Shown piece after piece: positions 1 through 9,001 of a stretch of DNA of 64,000 nucleotides; within the stretch, counting starts at the first letter, position 1, and each line of letters begins with the position of its first letter. The notes beneath the pieces are model-generated. The model was given only the letters and a program-made list of their open reading frames with translations. It was not told where the DNA came from and ran no database searches. The translations under genes and the position numbers were made by a program. The stretch comes from Polyangiaceae bacterium (GTDB taxonomy: Bacteria > Myxococcota_A > Polyangia > Polyangiales > Polyangiaceae): the NCBI GenBank assembly GCA_044376115.1, contig JBILLK010000009.1, positions 224,001 through 288,000 on the forward strand, in the 5' to 3' direction.

Positions 1-1700
1 TCAAGCGCGTTAGTCGAGGACGCGCCGGCTTCGGCGTGCTCGGAGCGCTGTTCGGTATTGGCTTTGCTGGGCTCTACACCTTGGCCCAGCGTCTCGAGTA
101 TGCAGCCCGACTGCGCGCGGCCGAGATGTTCGGTGAAGTGGATCCGATGGCTATCCCTGCGCAGAGCTTGCCCTTCAGTTTGAAGGACGAGGTCGTGCGT
201 TACTCGTCGCTGGGCGTGGGCGTGCTGTTTCTGTGTTTGGTGCTGGCCGCAGCGATGCCGCTCGGGCTCGATCTGCTGGAGCGCTTGGACTTCGGTACCT
301 TCGTCTCGGCTCGTCACGTGCGCGCTACGAAGAGCGGCTTTCTCACCGTGATCAGCGTGCTTTCGATCTTGGGGGTCGGCGTCTCCTCCTGCGCGCTGTG
401 TTCGGTGACCAGCATCATGGGCGGCTTCGGTCATGATCTGAAGACCAAGATCCTTGGTAACAACGCCCACATCGTGGTGGATACGAAGCAGCCCGGCGGC
501 TTCGGTGAATGGGATACGGCGCTCGCTGGCGTGCGCGGTGCGCTCGGGGACAAGGGCTCCGCAACGCCGGTCGTCGCGGGCGATGCGATGAGCTCGAGCG
601 CCACCAATACGGCAGGCGTATTGGTCAAAGGGATCGATCCCGAGACCATCGGCGACGTGATCGATCTCAAGAAGAACCTCGAGCTTGGGCGCTTTCACTA
701 CCTGACCGACACCGAGGCGCTGGCCAACATCCCGGTGGGCGAGGTGATCTGCAAGCTGCCCGACGGCTCGCCGCGCCGTAAGAACCCCGATATCTCCTTC
801 GACGACTTCGAGGACATGGCGGTGGACCCAGCGCTGCGGCAGTTCCGCAAACCCAAAGTCCCGCTACGGCCCGGCGTGATTCTCGGGCGCGAGCTGGCGA
901 AGAGTCTGCACGTCTGCGTCGGGGACGAGGTCACGCTGCTTTCGCCGATGGGTGAGCTCGGTCCGATGGGCGTGATGCCGCGCACGCGCAAGTTCCGCGT
1001 GGCCGGCATCTTCTACAGCGCCATGTACGAGTACGACGCCTCGCATGCGTACGTCACACTCGAGGAGGCCCAACGCTTCTTCAGCCTCGAGTCGAAGATC
1101 TCGCAGATCGACGTGCGCGTTAATGATCCGGAGAACGTTGAAAAGTTCACTCCGTCGCTGACGGCGATCTTGCCCGGCCTGTATGACCCGACCAAGCGTC
1201 CGGACGGCGCCCCTGCAGCTCCCGAACTGCGCACCCGGGATTGGAAGGAGATGAACAAGAACCTGTTCAGCGCGCTCAAACTCGAACGCATCGCCACCTT
1301 CCTCATCCTCTCGATCGCGATCGCGGTGGCTAGCTTCTGCATCATCTGCACGCTGCTCCTGATGGTGACCGAGAAGACGCGCCAGATCGCCATCCTCAAG
1401 GCACTCGGCGCATCCAACTGGTCGATCGCCCGCATCTTCGTGCTCGAGGGCGTGATTATCGGGGCGATCGGAACGAGCTTCGGCGTGGGCATCGCGCTCG
1501 CCGCCTGCACCGGCCTCAAGTGGTTCGGCACGCGCCTTCCCCCCGAGGTTTATTACATCGACAGGCTGCCCGTGAACGTCGACCTCGGGGACTACGGCAT
1601 CGTCGCTATCAGCGCGCTCGTCATTTGCACGCTTTCCACCATCTACCCATCCATTGCAGCCGCGTCGGTCGCCCCGGTCGACGGCCTGCGTCACGAGTAG
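1..1700 (+). CDS. lolE: LolC/E-family lipoprotein-releasing ABC permease, 5'-partial
   Basis: Motifs 'GFLTVISVLSILGVGVS', 'VTSIMGGF', 'DWKEMNKNLFSALKLE', 'EKTRQIAILKALGAS', 'PVDGLRHE'. The frame is open from position 3, so the start probably lies upstream of the window. lolD follows after 3 nt. Confidence 0.88.
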   Translation, partial: KRVSRGRAGFGVLGALFGIGFAGLYTLAQRLEYAARLRAAEMFGEVDPMAIPAQSLPFSLKDEVVRYSSLGVGVLFLCLVLAAAMPLGLDLLERLDFGTFVSARHVRATKSGFLTVISVLSILGVGVSSCALCSVTSIMGGFGHDLKTKILGNNAHIVVDTKQPGGFGEWDTALAGVRGALGDKGSATPVVAGDAMSSSATNTAGVLVKGIDPETIGDVIDLKKNLELGRFHYLTDTEALANIPVGEVICKLPDGSPRRKNPDISFDDFEDMAVDPALRQFRKPKVPLRPGVILGRELAKSLHVCVGDEVTLLSPMGELGPMGVMPRTRKFRVAGIFYSAMYEYDASHAYVTLEEAQRFFSLESKISQIDVRVNDPENVEKFTPSLTAILPGLYDPTKRPDGAPAAPELRTRDWKEMNKNLFSALKLERIATFLILSIAIAVASFCIICTLLLMVTEKTRQIAILKALGASNWSIARIFVLEGVIIGAIGTSFGVGIALAACTGLKWFGTRLPPEVYYIDRLPVNVDLGDYGIVAISALVICTLSTIYPSIAAASVAPVDGLRHE

Positions 1701-1703
1701 CCC

Positions 1704-2492
1704 ATGCCTGAGCCCATCGTCCAAGTCGAGGCCCTCACCAAGACGTTCGTCCACATGGGGCGGCCGCTCGAGGTCCTGCGCGGGATCGATCTACGCATCG
1801 ATCAGGGAGAGGTGCTCGCGATCGTCGGCACCTCCGGTGCAGGGAAGAGCACGCTGCTTCACTGCATCGGTACGTTGGACACGCCGACCCAAGGCAAGAT
1901 CCGCATCGGCAAAGAGGAGATCACCGGCCTATCGAGCAAGCGGCTGGCAGCGATCCGCAATCGGTCGATCGGCTTCGTGTTTCAGTTCCATCACCTGCTC
2001 CCGGAGTTCACCGCGATCGAGAACGTGATGATGCCCGGGTTGATCCAAGGCCGCAGCCAATCAGAGATGCGCGGTCACGCCGAGGGCCTCCTGGCCGAGG
2101 TAGGGCTGGCCAAGCGCGGTACTCACCGCCCCGGCGAACTCTCGGGTGGCGAGCAGCAGCGCGTGGCGTTGGCGCGTGCTTTGGTGCTCTCTCCCAAGTT
2201 GATCCTCGCCGATGAACCCACCGGCAATCTCGACTCGAAGACCGGCGCGGACATCCAAGCGTTGTTCTTCGACATGAACCGCAAGCACGGCACCACCATC
2301 ATCGTGGTCACGCATGATCGCTCATTCGCTGAGTCGATGCCGCGGGTGGTTTCGATGAAGGACGGCCTGGTCGAACGCGACACGCGCAATACGGCAATCC
2401 CTTCGTTCGCGTCGCTCAAGGAGCAGGGCGCCAAACTGGAAGAGAAGGCCGCAGAGTCTGCACCAGAGCCCGCCGCCGCTTCAGACGCGTAG
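1704..2492 (+). CDS. lolD: LolD lipoprotein-releasing ABC ATPase
   Basis: Walker A GTSGAGKS, LolD motif GFVFQFHHLL, signature LSGGEQQR, ILADEPTGNLD, VTHD; adjacent to lolC/E. Confidence 0.92.
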   Translation: MPEPIVQVEALTKTFVHMGRPLEVLRGIDLRIDQGEVLAIVGTSGAGKSTLLHCIGTLDTPTQGKIRIGKEEITGLSSKRLAAIRNRSIGFVFQFHHLLPEFTAIENVMMPGLIQGRSQSEMRGHAEGLLAEVGLAKRGTHRPGELSGGEQQRVALARALVLSPKLILADEPTGNLDSKTGADIQALFFDMNRKHGTTIIVVTHDRSFAESMPRVVSMKDGLVERDTRNTAIPSFASLKEQGAKLEEKAAESAPEPAAASDA

Positions 2493-3656
2493 TCAGTGCC
2501 AGCGCAGTTCGCGTGCGGTGACGTCTCCAACGAACAGCTCGTTCAGCGTCTTGGGCGGAACGCTCGCGGTGGGCGTGGTGGCGCGATGGCGGGCCATCAC
2601 TTCCGCTAGACGTTGCGGAAATAGCGGCCGCTTATCAGGCTCCGGCAGCCCGTCGGGGACGAGCGGCTGGCCGCTCGCGAGATCGTAGCGGTCGCTCGCC
2701 CCCAACGTGTGGAACAACTCGTGCGTGCTAACGAAGAGCGCCAGATCGACCATGGTCGAGTCGAGCTCGACGCGAACCACACCGACCCGACCGCCGAGCT
2801 GGCTCGCTCCCTCAATCACCTTGCGTTCGTTGTTCGTCGGCCTCGTCGCGAGCACGTAGATGCGTGAGTCGAAGGCGCTTGCCTCCACGCCCGCCGCCTT
2901 GTCGATGCGCGAGGTGAAGCGCGAAAGATCCCAGGAGTAGCGCGCCGCGGCGAGCAGCCCGTCGTCAACGGGCGGCTCTGGAACCGAACCATCGTCGCTC
3001 ACGGGCCCAAACACCGTGAAGGCAAACGGCCTTGGTCCTCCTTCGCCGTAGCGACGTTTTTCCGATGCGAGCTTGTCCGCCAGCACGAGCGCTCGCTCTT
3101 TTGCACGCGAACCAAGCTCCTCCTCGAGCGGCTCACGGGCCACGAGCACGATGGCTACGCGCACGCTGCGCGTCCAGTCGGTGCGTGATTCACGGCTCTC
3201 GATGTCTCGAAGGGCGTATACGACCACCCCGAGGAGAATGGACAAGAGCACCGCGACGCGAATCAGGAAAAAGTTGCGCGAGCGGCGGCGTTTGGCGCTG
3301 CAACGGCTGCAAAGCGCGGGACTGCTCGAGCGATGACATACGGCGCACAGCGGGACCTGACACTGTGAGCAAAGCCCGCTCGCGCTGAAGTGGGGGTGGT
3401 CCTCACAGCGACTTGCTCCAGTCGCAGCCGTCGAGTGCGCGAACCCCACGCCCATCGTGCGAAGGGAGATCTCGAGCTTCTCGATTGCGACGGGATCGAG
3501 CAGCGGGAGCGTAACGGGTAGCTGCGCGAGCAGCGCGGTCGTGTCCGCCAGCGGTAGCCCCAGCGAAAGCGCGATCGTCCGCAGGGCGGCTGCTCGTGAA
3601 CGCGGCTCTTCGGGCAGCGCCCGTAGCTCGAGTTGCCTTGCCGGCGTCGTCATCAC
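2493..3656 (-). CDS. Membrane protein with B-box-like Zn finger and C-terminal zincin-like domain
   Basis: CxxH..CxxC..CxxC..CxxC cluster, one TM helix (FFLIRVAVLLSILLGVVVYAL), and HELFHTLGASD (HExxHxxGxxD). Confidence 0.65.
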   Translation of the reverse strand: MMTTPARQLELRALPEEPRSRAAALRTIALSLGLPLADTTALLAQLPVTLPLLDPVAIEKLEISLRTMGVGFAHSTAATGASRCEDHPHFSASGLCSQCQVPLCAVCHRSSSPALCSRCSAKRRRSRNFFLIRVAVLLSILLGVVVYALRDIESRESRTDWTRSVRVAIVLVAREPLEEELGSRAKERALVLADKLASEKRRYGEGGPRPFAFTVFGPVSDDGSVPEPPVDDGLLAAARYSWDLSRFTSRIDKAAGVEASAFDSRIYVLATRPTNNERKVIEGASQLGGRVGVVRVELDSTMVDLALFVSTHELFHTLGASDRYDLASGQPLVPDGLPEPDKRPLFPQRLAEVMARHRATTPTASVPPKTLNELFVGDVTARELRWH

Positions 3657-3708
3657 GCGACTTTAGCGCGCCCGCGTTCGCGATGGCCTGGTAACCTCCG
3701 GTTCAAAC

Positions 3709-5016
3709 GTGCGCTTCCCCGGCCGACGCAAACACAAGCACTACTTCCCCGTCAACGCTCGCGACCCGCTGTTTCAACACGCTGGGCTCTCCCTGCCGAA
3801 GGCCAAGACGCACATCGTCGGCATCGACCAAACCTTGGTGGACATCGATGCGCGCATCCCCGAAGAGCTCCTCACGCGCTACCAATTGCCGAAAGGTGGC
3901 TCCACCATCATACCCAGCGATGTGGCTGCACGGCTGTACGAGGAGCTGCTCGCCGAGAAGCTGATATCGTACGAGTTTGCCGGCGGCACCGTGGGCAACA
4001 CGCTGCACAACTGCTCGCTGCTCGCGGATGAAGCCAGCATCTTGCTCGGGGTGATGAGTGAGAACATCCGGCTCGGCACGAGCGGCTACCGTTACCTCTC
4101 CAACACCTCCAGTCGCGTCAACCTCGATCACCTGCAGCCCGTAGACGGGCCGATCGGTCGTTGCTTTGCCCTGGTCACTCCCGACGGCGAGCGCACCTTC
4201 GCGATCAGCGCCGGGATGATGAACCAGTTGCGCCCCGAGAGCATTCCGGAGGCTGTCTTCGACAACGCTTCGGCGCTGGTGGTGTCGGCGTATTTGATGC
4301 GTTGTCAGCCGGGGGAACCGATGCCGGAGGCCACCATGCGGGCGATTGAGCTTGCGCGTGCGCGCTCGGTTCCGGTGGTGCTCACGCTGGGCACACGCTT
4401 CGTAATCGCCGAGCGGCCTGAGTTTTGGCGCGAGTTCATTCGAGCCAACGTCGACATTTTGGCCATGAACGAAGAGGAGGGCGAGGCACTGACAGGCGCT
4501 GCCGATCCGCTGGTCGCTTGTGATCGCGCGCTCGAGCTGACGAGCTTGGTGCTTTGCACCGCAGGTCCAGTTGGCCTTTATTTGGCGGGCTACAGCGATG
4601 ATGCCGTCAAGCGGGAGACCCGTTACCCGCTGCTCCCGGGCGCCATCCCTGAGTTCAATCGCTACGAGTTTAGCCGGCCGATGTTGCGCGCGAAGTGCGA
4701 GAAGCCGGTACGAGTATTCGCCCACATTGCGCCCTATCACGGTGGTCCCACGCGCATCACCAGCACCAACGGCGCGGGCGACGCAGCGCTCGCAGCGCTG
4801 CTCCACGACATGGCGGCCAATCGCTACCACAAGAGCAGCGTGCCCAACTCGGCCAAGCACGTGCGCGATTTCTTGACCTACTCGTCGATGAGCCAGGTCT
4901 GCCGCTACGCCAACCGGGTCAGCTACGAGGTCCTCGTGCAGTCGTCGCCTCGTCTCACGCGTGGTCTACCCGAGCGTGAGGAAGGCCTCGAGGACGAGAA
5001 GTACTGGGCGCTTTGA
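3709..5016 (+). CDS. gsk: Inosine/guanosine kinase (PfkB family)
   Basis: Colinear with E. coli Gsk as recalled: N-terminal 'M.FPG.RK.KHYFPVNARDPL', GIDQTLVD, AGGT.GNT.HN, TNGAGD anion hole, C-terminal SPRLTRGLPERE. Confidence 0.95.
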   Translation: MRFPGRRKHKHYFPVNARDPLFQHAGLSLPKAKTHIVGIDQTLVDIDARIPEELLTRYQLPKGGSTIIPSDVAARLYEELLAEKLISYEFAGGTVGNTLHNCSLLADEASILLGVMSENIRLGTSGYRYLSNTSSRVNLDHLQPVDGPIGRCFALVTPDGERTFAISAGMMNQLRPESIPEAVFDNASALVVSAYLMRCQPGEPMPEATMRAIELARARSVPVVLTLGTRFVIAERPEFWREFIRANVDILAMNEEEGEALTGAADPLVACDRALELTSLVLCTAGPVGLYLAGYSDDAVKRETRYPLLPGAIPEFNRYEFSRPMLRAKCEKPVRVFAHIAPYHGGPTRITSTNGAGDAALAALLHDMAANRYHKSSVPNSAKHVRDFLTYSSMSQVCRYANRVSYEVLVQSSPRLTRGLPEREEGLEDEKYWAL

Positions 5017-5019
5017 TTC

Positions 5020-5928
5020 ATGCGTCGTCGTTCATTCGTTGCTCTCGGATCACAGCTCCTGCTCGCGGCTTGTTCGGATGCAGCGCGCGATGGCAAAGCT
5101 TCGCAGGCCGCACCCGTCGTGCGTTCCGGACGCTGGCTGGAGCTCGCCTTCGATCCGAGTGAAGCGTACGCCCAGGCGGAGCTTGCGTTCGTCGCCAAGG
5201 AACCGGGCGCGCCGATCTTGGTGGCGCTCCACGGGCGCGGTGAGTCGGGGCGTGGTCTGGCCAAGGGGGCGGGCGGATGGCGCGACGACTACTGGCTCGA
5301 CCGCGCAGATGAGCGTTTGCGTTCCCCGCCGCTCACCGCCAAAGACTTCGAGGGCTTCGTAAGCCCAGAGCGGCTCAGTGTCATCAACGCCTCCTTAGCG
5401 GCCGAGCCCTATCGTGGGCTCAATGTGGTGTGTCCGTACGCGCCGCACGACCAAGGGGACGGCGTGACCGGAGAGCGCTCCTTCGCCGGTTTTCTGGTGA
5501 AGGTTCTGCTGCCGCGCGTTCGCGTCGAACTTGGCGCGGATGAGGCTGTGAAGTGTGCCATCGACGGCGTCAGCATGGGCGGCCGGCTCGCCCTTTACGC
5601 CGGGCTGACGCACCCCGCGACCTTCCATGGGCTGGGCGTCCTCCAACCCGCAATCAACGCCTCGCGTGACGACTTCACGCGGCTGGTTGAGCTGGCGGCG
5701 GCGCGCGCACAGAGCCCCAAGGTACCACCGCTACGCCTGGTCTCGAGCGAGGAGGACCCGTTCCTCGAGGCCGTTCGCGAGTTTGCAGAGGCGCTGTCGG
5801 CACGTGGAGTTCCGCACAGCACCCTCATTACGCCCGGCCCGCACAACTACGCTTGGAATCGCGGCCCGGGGTCGATCGAAATGTTGCTCTGGCACGAGCG
5901 CAGCTTGCGCGGGCTTGTTCCCGCCTGA
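5020..5928 (+). CDS. Alpha/beta-hydrolase (esterase-like) lipoprotein
   Basis: MRRRSF...LLLAAC signal with lipobox, ALHGRGE, nucleophile elbow GVSMGG, GPHNYAW His. Confidence 0.75.
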   Translation: MRRRSFVALGSQLLLAACSDAARDGKASQAAPVVRSGRWLELAFDPSEAYAQAELAFVAKEPGAPILVALHGRGESGRGLAKGAGGWRDDYWLDRADERLRSPPLTAKDFEGFVSPERLSVINASLAAEPYRGLNVVCPYAPHDQGDGVTGERSFAGFLVKVLLPRVRVELGADEAVKCAIDGVSMGGRLALYAGLTHPATFHGLGVLQPAINASRDDFTRLVELAAARAQSPKVPPLRLVSSEEDPFLEAVREFAEALSARGVPHSTLITPGPHNYAWNRGPGSIEMLLWHERSLRGLVPA

Positions 5929-5950
5929 GCGCCGTGTGCGGCTCAAGTGC

Positions 5951-6841
5951 TCAGAGTTCGAGCGCCGCCGGCCGAAACGACAAAGCCTTTGCTCCCACGA
6001 TCGCTGCCCCCAGCCCGCCTGGGCCGGTATGGAGGTAAATGCTCGGGGAGATCGTTCGAATCGAAAGCGAGAGCACATTGAGCCGAGTGCGTAGCTCCGC
6101 TGCCAGAAGCTTGGCCTCGGAAGGCGCTCCACCGTGAAAGACTGCAACGTAGACGGCTTCGCGTGGTGCGAATTGAGCCGCTAGCTGCTCAGCAACAACG
6201 GTGGATTGCGCTTTTTTCGAGCTCTCTTTTCCGAGTACGGTGACCTCCCCATCGAGAAAGCCAAGCACTGGCCGCACGCCGAACAGGTTCGCAAAGAAGG
6301 CCTTGAGCGTGCTCGCTCGCCCGCCCTTTACCAGGTAGTCGAGCGATTGCAGCGTAAAGACGAGCTTGACGTTCTCCCGAAAGCTGTCGACCAATGCAGC
6401 GACCGCGTCGAGTGGGAGTCCTTCCGCTGCAGCTGCTGCTGCGAGCATCGTCGCGAGCCCGGCTCCAACATCGGTTACACCCGAGTCACAAACGCGAATC
6501 CGTAGATCCTCGTAGCCGCGCGCTTCGCATAACGATCGAGCCCCGACAACCGCAGCGTCGTGCGACGCGATCAGCTTGCGTGAGGTCATCACGGCGATGA
6601 GCTCGCGGTCTTTGCTCGCGAGCTTGCGCGCGAGCGTGGCGAACTCTGCTGCACTCGTCCCGATGATATGCGGATGCGCTTTGGCGCTCGCGACCCAGCG
6701 ATCGATGGTCTCGAGCGGGATCCCTAGACGCGTATCGTGCTCAACACCGTCGACGACGACCTGCTGCGGTAATAACTCGATTTCCCATCGCAGCAGAGCC
6801 TCGCTCGAGAGGTTCGACCCGGGGTTGGTGATGATGCGCAC
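5951..6841 (-). CDS. DegV/FakB-family fatty-acid-binding protein
   Basis: MRIIT...L start, 'LDYLVKGGR', 'RPVL...DGEV', 'HTGPGGLG'. Confidence 0.85.
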   Translation of the reverse strand: MRIITNPGSNLSSEALLRWEIELLPQQVVVDGVEHDTRLGIPLETIDRWVASAKAHPHIIGTSAAEFATLARKLASKDRELIAVMTSRKLIASHDAAVVGARSLCEARGYEDLRIRVCDSGVTDVGAGLATMLAAAAAAEGLPLDAVAALVDSFRENVKLVFTLQSLDYLVKGGRASTLKAFFANLFGVRPVLGFLDGEVTVLGKESSKKAQSTVVAEQLAAQFAPREAVYVAVFHGGAPSEAKLLAAELRTRLNVLSLSIRTISPSIYLHTGPGGLGAAIVGAKALSFRPAALEL

Positions 6842-6929
6842 GGTTGCACGCTAGCAGCTCGCGGTCGCTCGCGGCCCCAGCCGAAGCTCGTGGTCCCCAA
6901 TTGCTCCGCCACTCGCTTAGACTGACCAT

Positions 6930-8857
6930 ATGGAGAGTGAGGTTGTGCTCGAGGTCATCCGCGAGCTCGCGCGTTCGCGAGACCAACACCACGCAGCCGC
7001 GATCGTCGCAGCGGCGGTCCATGCTTCTTTGTTCCCACTCACCACAGCCGTGCTCGACGGAAGCCCCAGCGCGCGCTGCCTGGCGGTTGTCGGTGCAGCG
7101 CTCAGCAGCGGTCGGCAAGCTGCGCTCGAGCCCTGGCTTCGCGAGCTGCCCGCCCTTCGCGTGGTTCCGGTGGCGGCGGAACAGACTGCTGCTCCAGCAG
7201 CGTTCGCGGAAGCTCCGTCCGTTGTCACGTTGGCCCTGGTGCCGATTCGTCGCGCAACCGAGCTCGGCACCCTGGTGCTGATGTTCGACACGGCGCGCGA
7301 GTTGAGCCCGGAGGAGTGCGCCCTGCTGGAGGGGCTCGCTGCCGCTGCTGCGCTGGCCATCGCCGACTTTGCGGCTGTGGACGCGCTTGTCGTGTCGGAG
7401 GACCGCTATCGCGGGCTTGTCGAGAACCTCGAGGATGTCGTGTTCTCCATCGATCAAAGCGGTAACTTTAGCTACGTAAGTCCGTCGATTCAGAAGTACG
7501 GCTTTTCACCCGAAGAACTACGCGGTGAGTCGTTCACTCGCTTCATCGTCCCGGAGGACCTGCCAGAGCTGCTCGAGAGTCTGATGGCGACGCTCGGCGG
7601 TCAGCTGAAGCCAACCTTCTTTCGCGCCGTTAGTAAGTCCGGCTCGATTCATCATGTGCGCACCTTGAGCCGGCCGGTGCTCGAGGCTGGTTCCCCAGTC
7701 GGCCTACCGGCGTCCTGGTGGATGTAACCGAGTTGCGGCGCACGGAAGACAAGCTGCGAATGTCGCAGAAGATGGATGCCGTTGGTCAGCTCGCAGGGGG
7801 CGTTGCTCACGACTTCAACAATCTGCTGGCCGTGATCCTGAGTTACTCGACGTTTGCGTTTGATGCGTTGCGGGAAGGAGACCCGTTGCGCGAGGACCTG
7901 CGCGAGGTCATCGGTTCAGCGCGTCGCGGTGCCGCCTTGACCAAGCAGCTGCTCACCTTCAGTCGGCGTGACGCGCAGCAGATGGAGCTGCTCGACCTCA
8001 ACAAGATTGCGCTCGAACTCGAGAAGATGCTCGCTCGGCTGATCGGCGAGAACATCCAGCTCGAACTCGACCTTGCGCCGCAGCTTGGAGCCGTCAAGGC
8101 CGACCGCGGGCAGCTTGAGCTGGTGCTCTTGAATCTGGTGCTCAACGCTCGCGACGCCATGCCGGCGGGGGGGAAGGTCGTGATCGCGACTCGGTCCGCA
8201 CGGGGGGCCGAGGACGGGCGTGGCTATTCGTTGTTGCGGGTATCGGACGACGGCTGCGGCATGGATGAGGCAACGCAAAGGCGCATCTTCGAGCCGTTCT
8301 TCACGACCAAGGGCAACAGGGACGGCACCGGCCTCGGGCTCTCGACCGTGTACGGCATCGTGCAACAGAGTAACGGAGTCATCAGCGTCGAGAGTGAAGT
8401 CGGTCGCGGCTCGACCTTCACCATTCAGCTCCCTCACGCCTCGGACGTTCCGGCGCCCGAGGCTCCGTCGCGGGATGGCAAGTCGCTGAAACGTGCGAGC
8501 GAATGCGTCCTGCTGGTCGAAAGCGAGGAGCCGGTCCGAAAGCTGACCGCGCGCATCCTCAAAGGCGCTGGCTACGAGCTGCTGATCGCTGCGAGCGCCG
8601 GCGAAGCCCTGCTCTTGGTCGAATCGTCCAAACGCCCGATCGATCTGCTGGTCACCAACGTTCACATGCCCCTCCTCGACGGCGCGCAGCTGGCGCTGCG
8701 GGTGCGCGCGCTGAGTTCGGCGCCACCGAAGGTGCTGTTCGTTTCGGGCTATGTAGCGGGCGAGGCCGTGCAAGCGACTCCAAACAGTGCCTTTCTCGGC
8801 AAGCCATTTTTGGCAGCCGATCTTCTGAACGTCGTTCACGAACTGCTTGAAAGCTGA
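6930..8857 (+). pseudogene. Hybrid sensor kinase (GAF-like/PAS-HisKA-HATPase-REC) split by a frameshift at about 7705
   Basis: The PAS ORF (6930-7727) switches frame at ggcctaccggcgtc; adding one base restores VGL-TGVLVDVTE, leading to QKMDAVGQLAGGVAHDFNN, N-box NARDAM, FEPFFTTK, GTGLGL and a receiver domain. Could be an assembly error. Confidence 0.75.
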
Positions 8858-9001
8858 CTTCGACCGCCCCGCCGCTGTTCGAAGTGCGGCGCCACGCCAA
8901 TCAGTGTAGGTGAGGCCTGGTCGCCGCAGTCGCACCCATTCCGAACGCTTCCGAGTAGCTTTGGACTTCAGCACAACGTGACGTTTAGATCTGGAAGCAC
9001 A

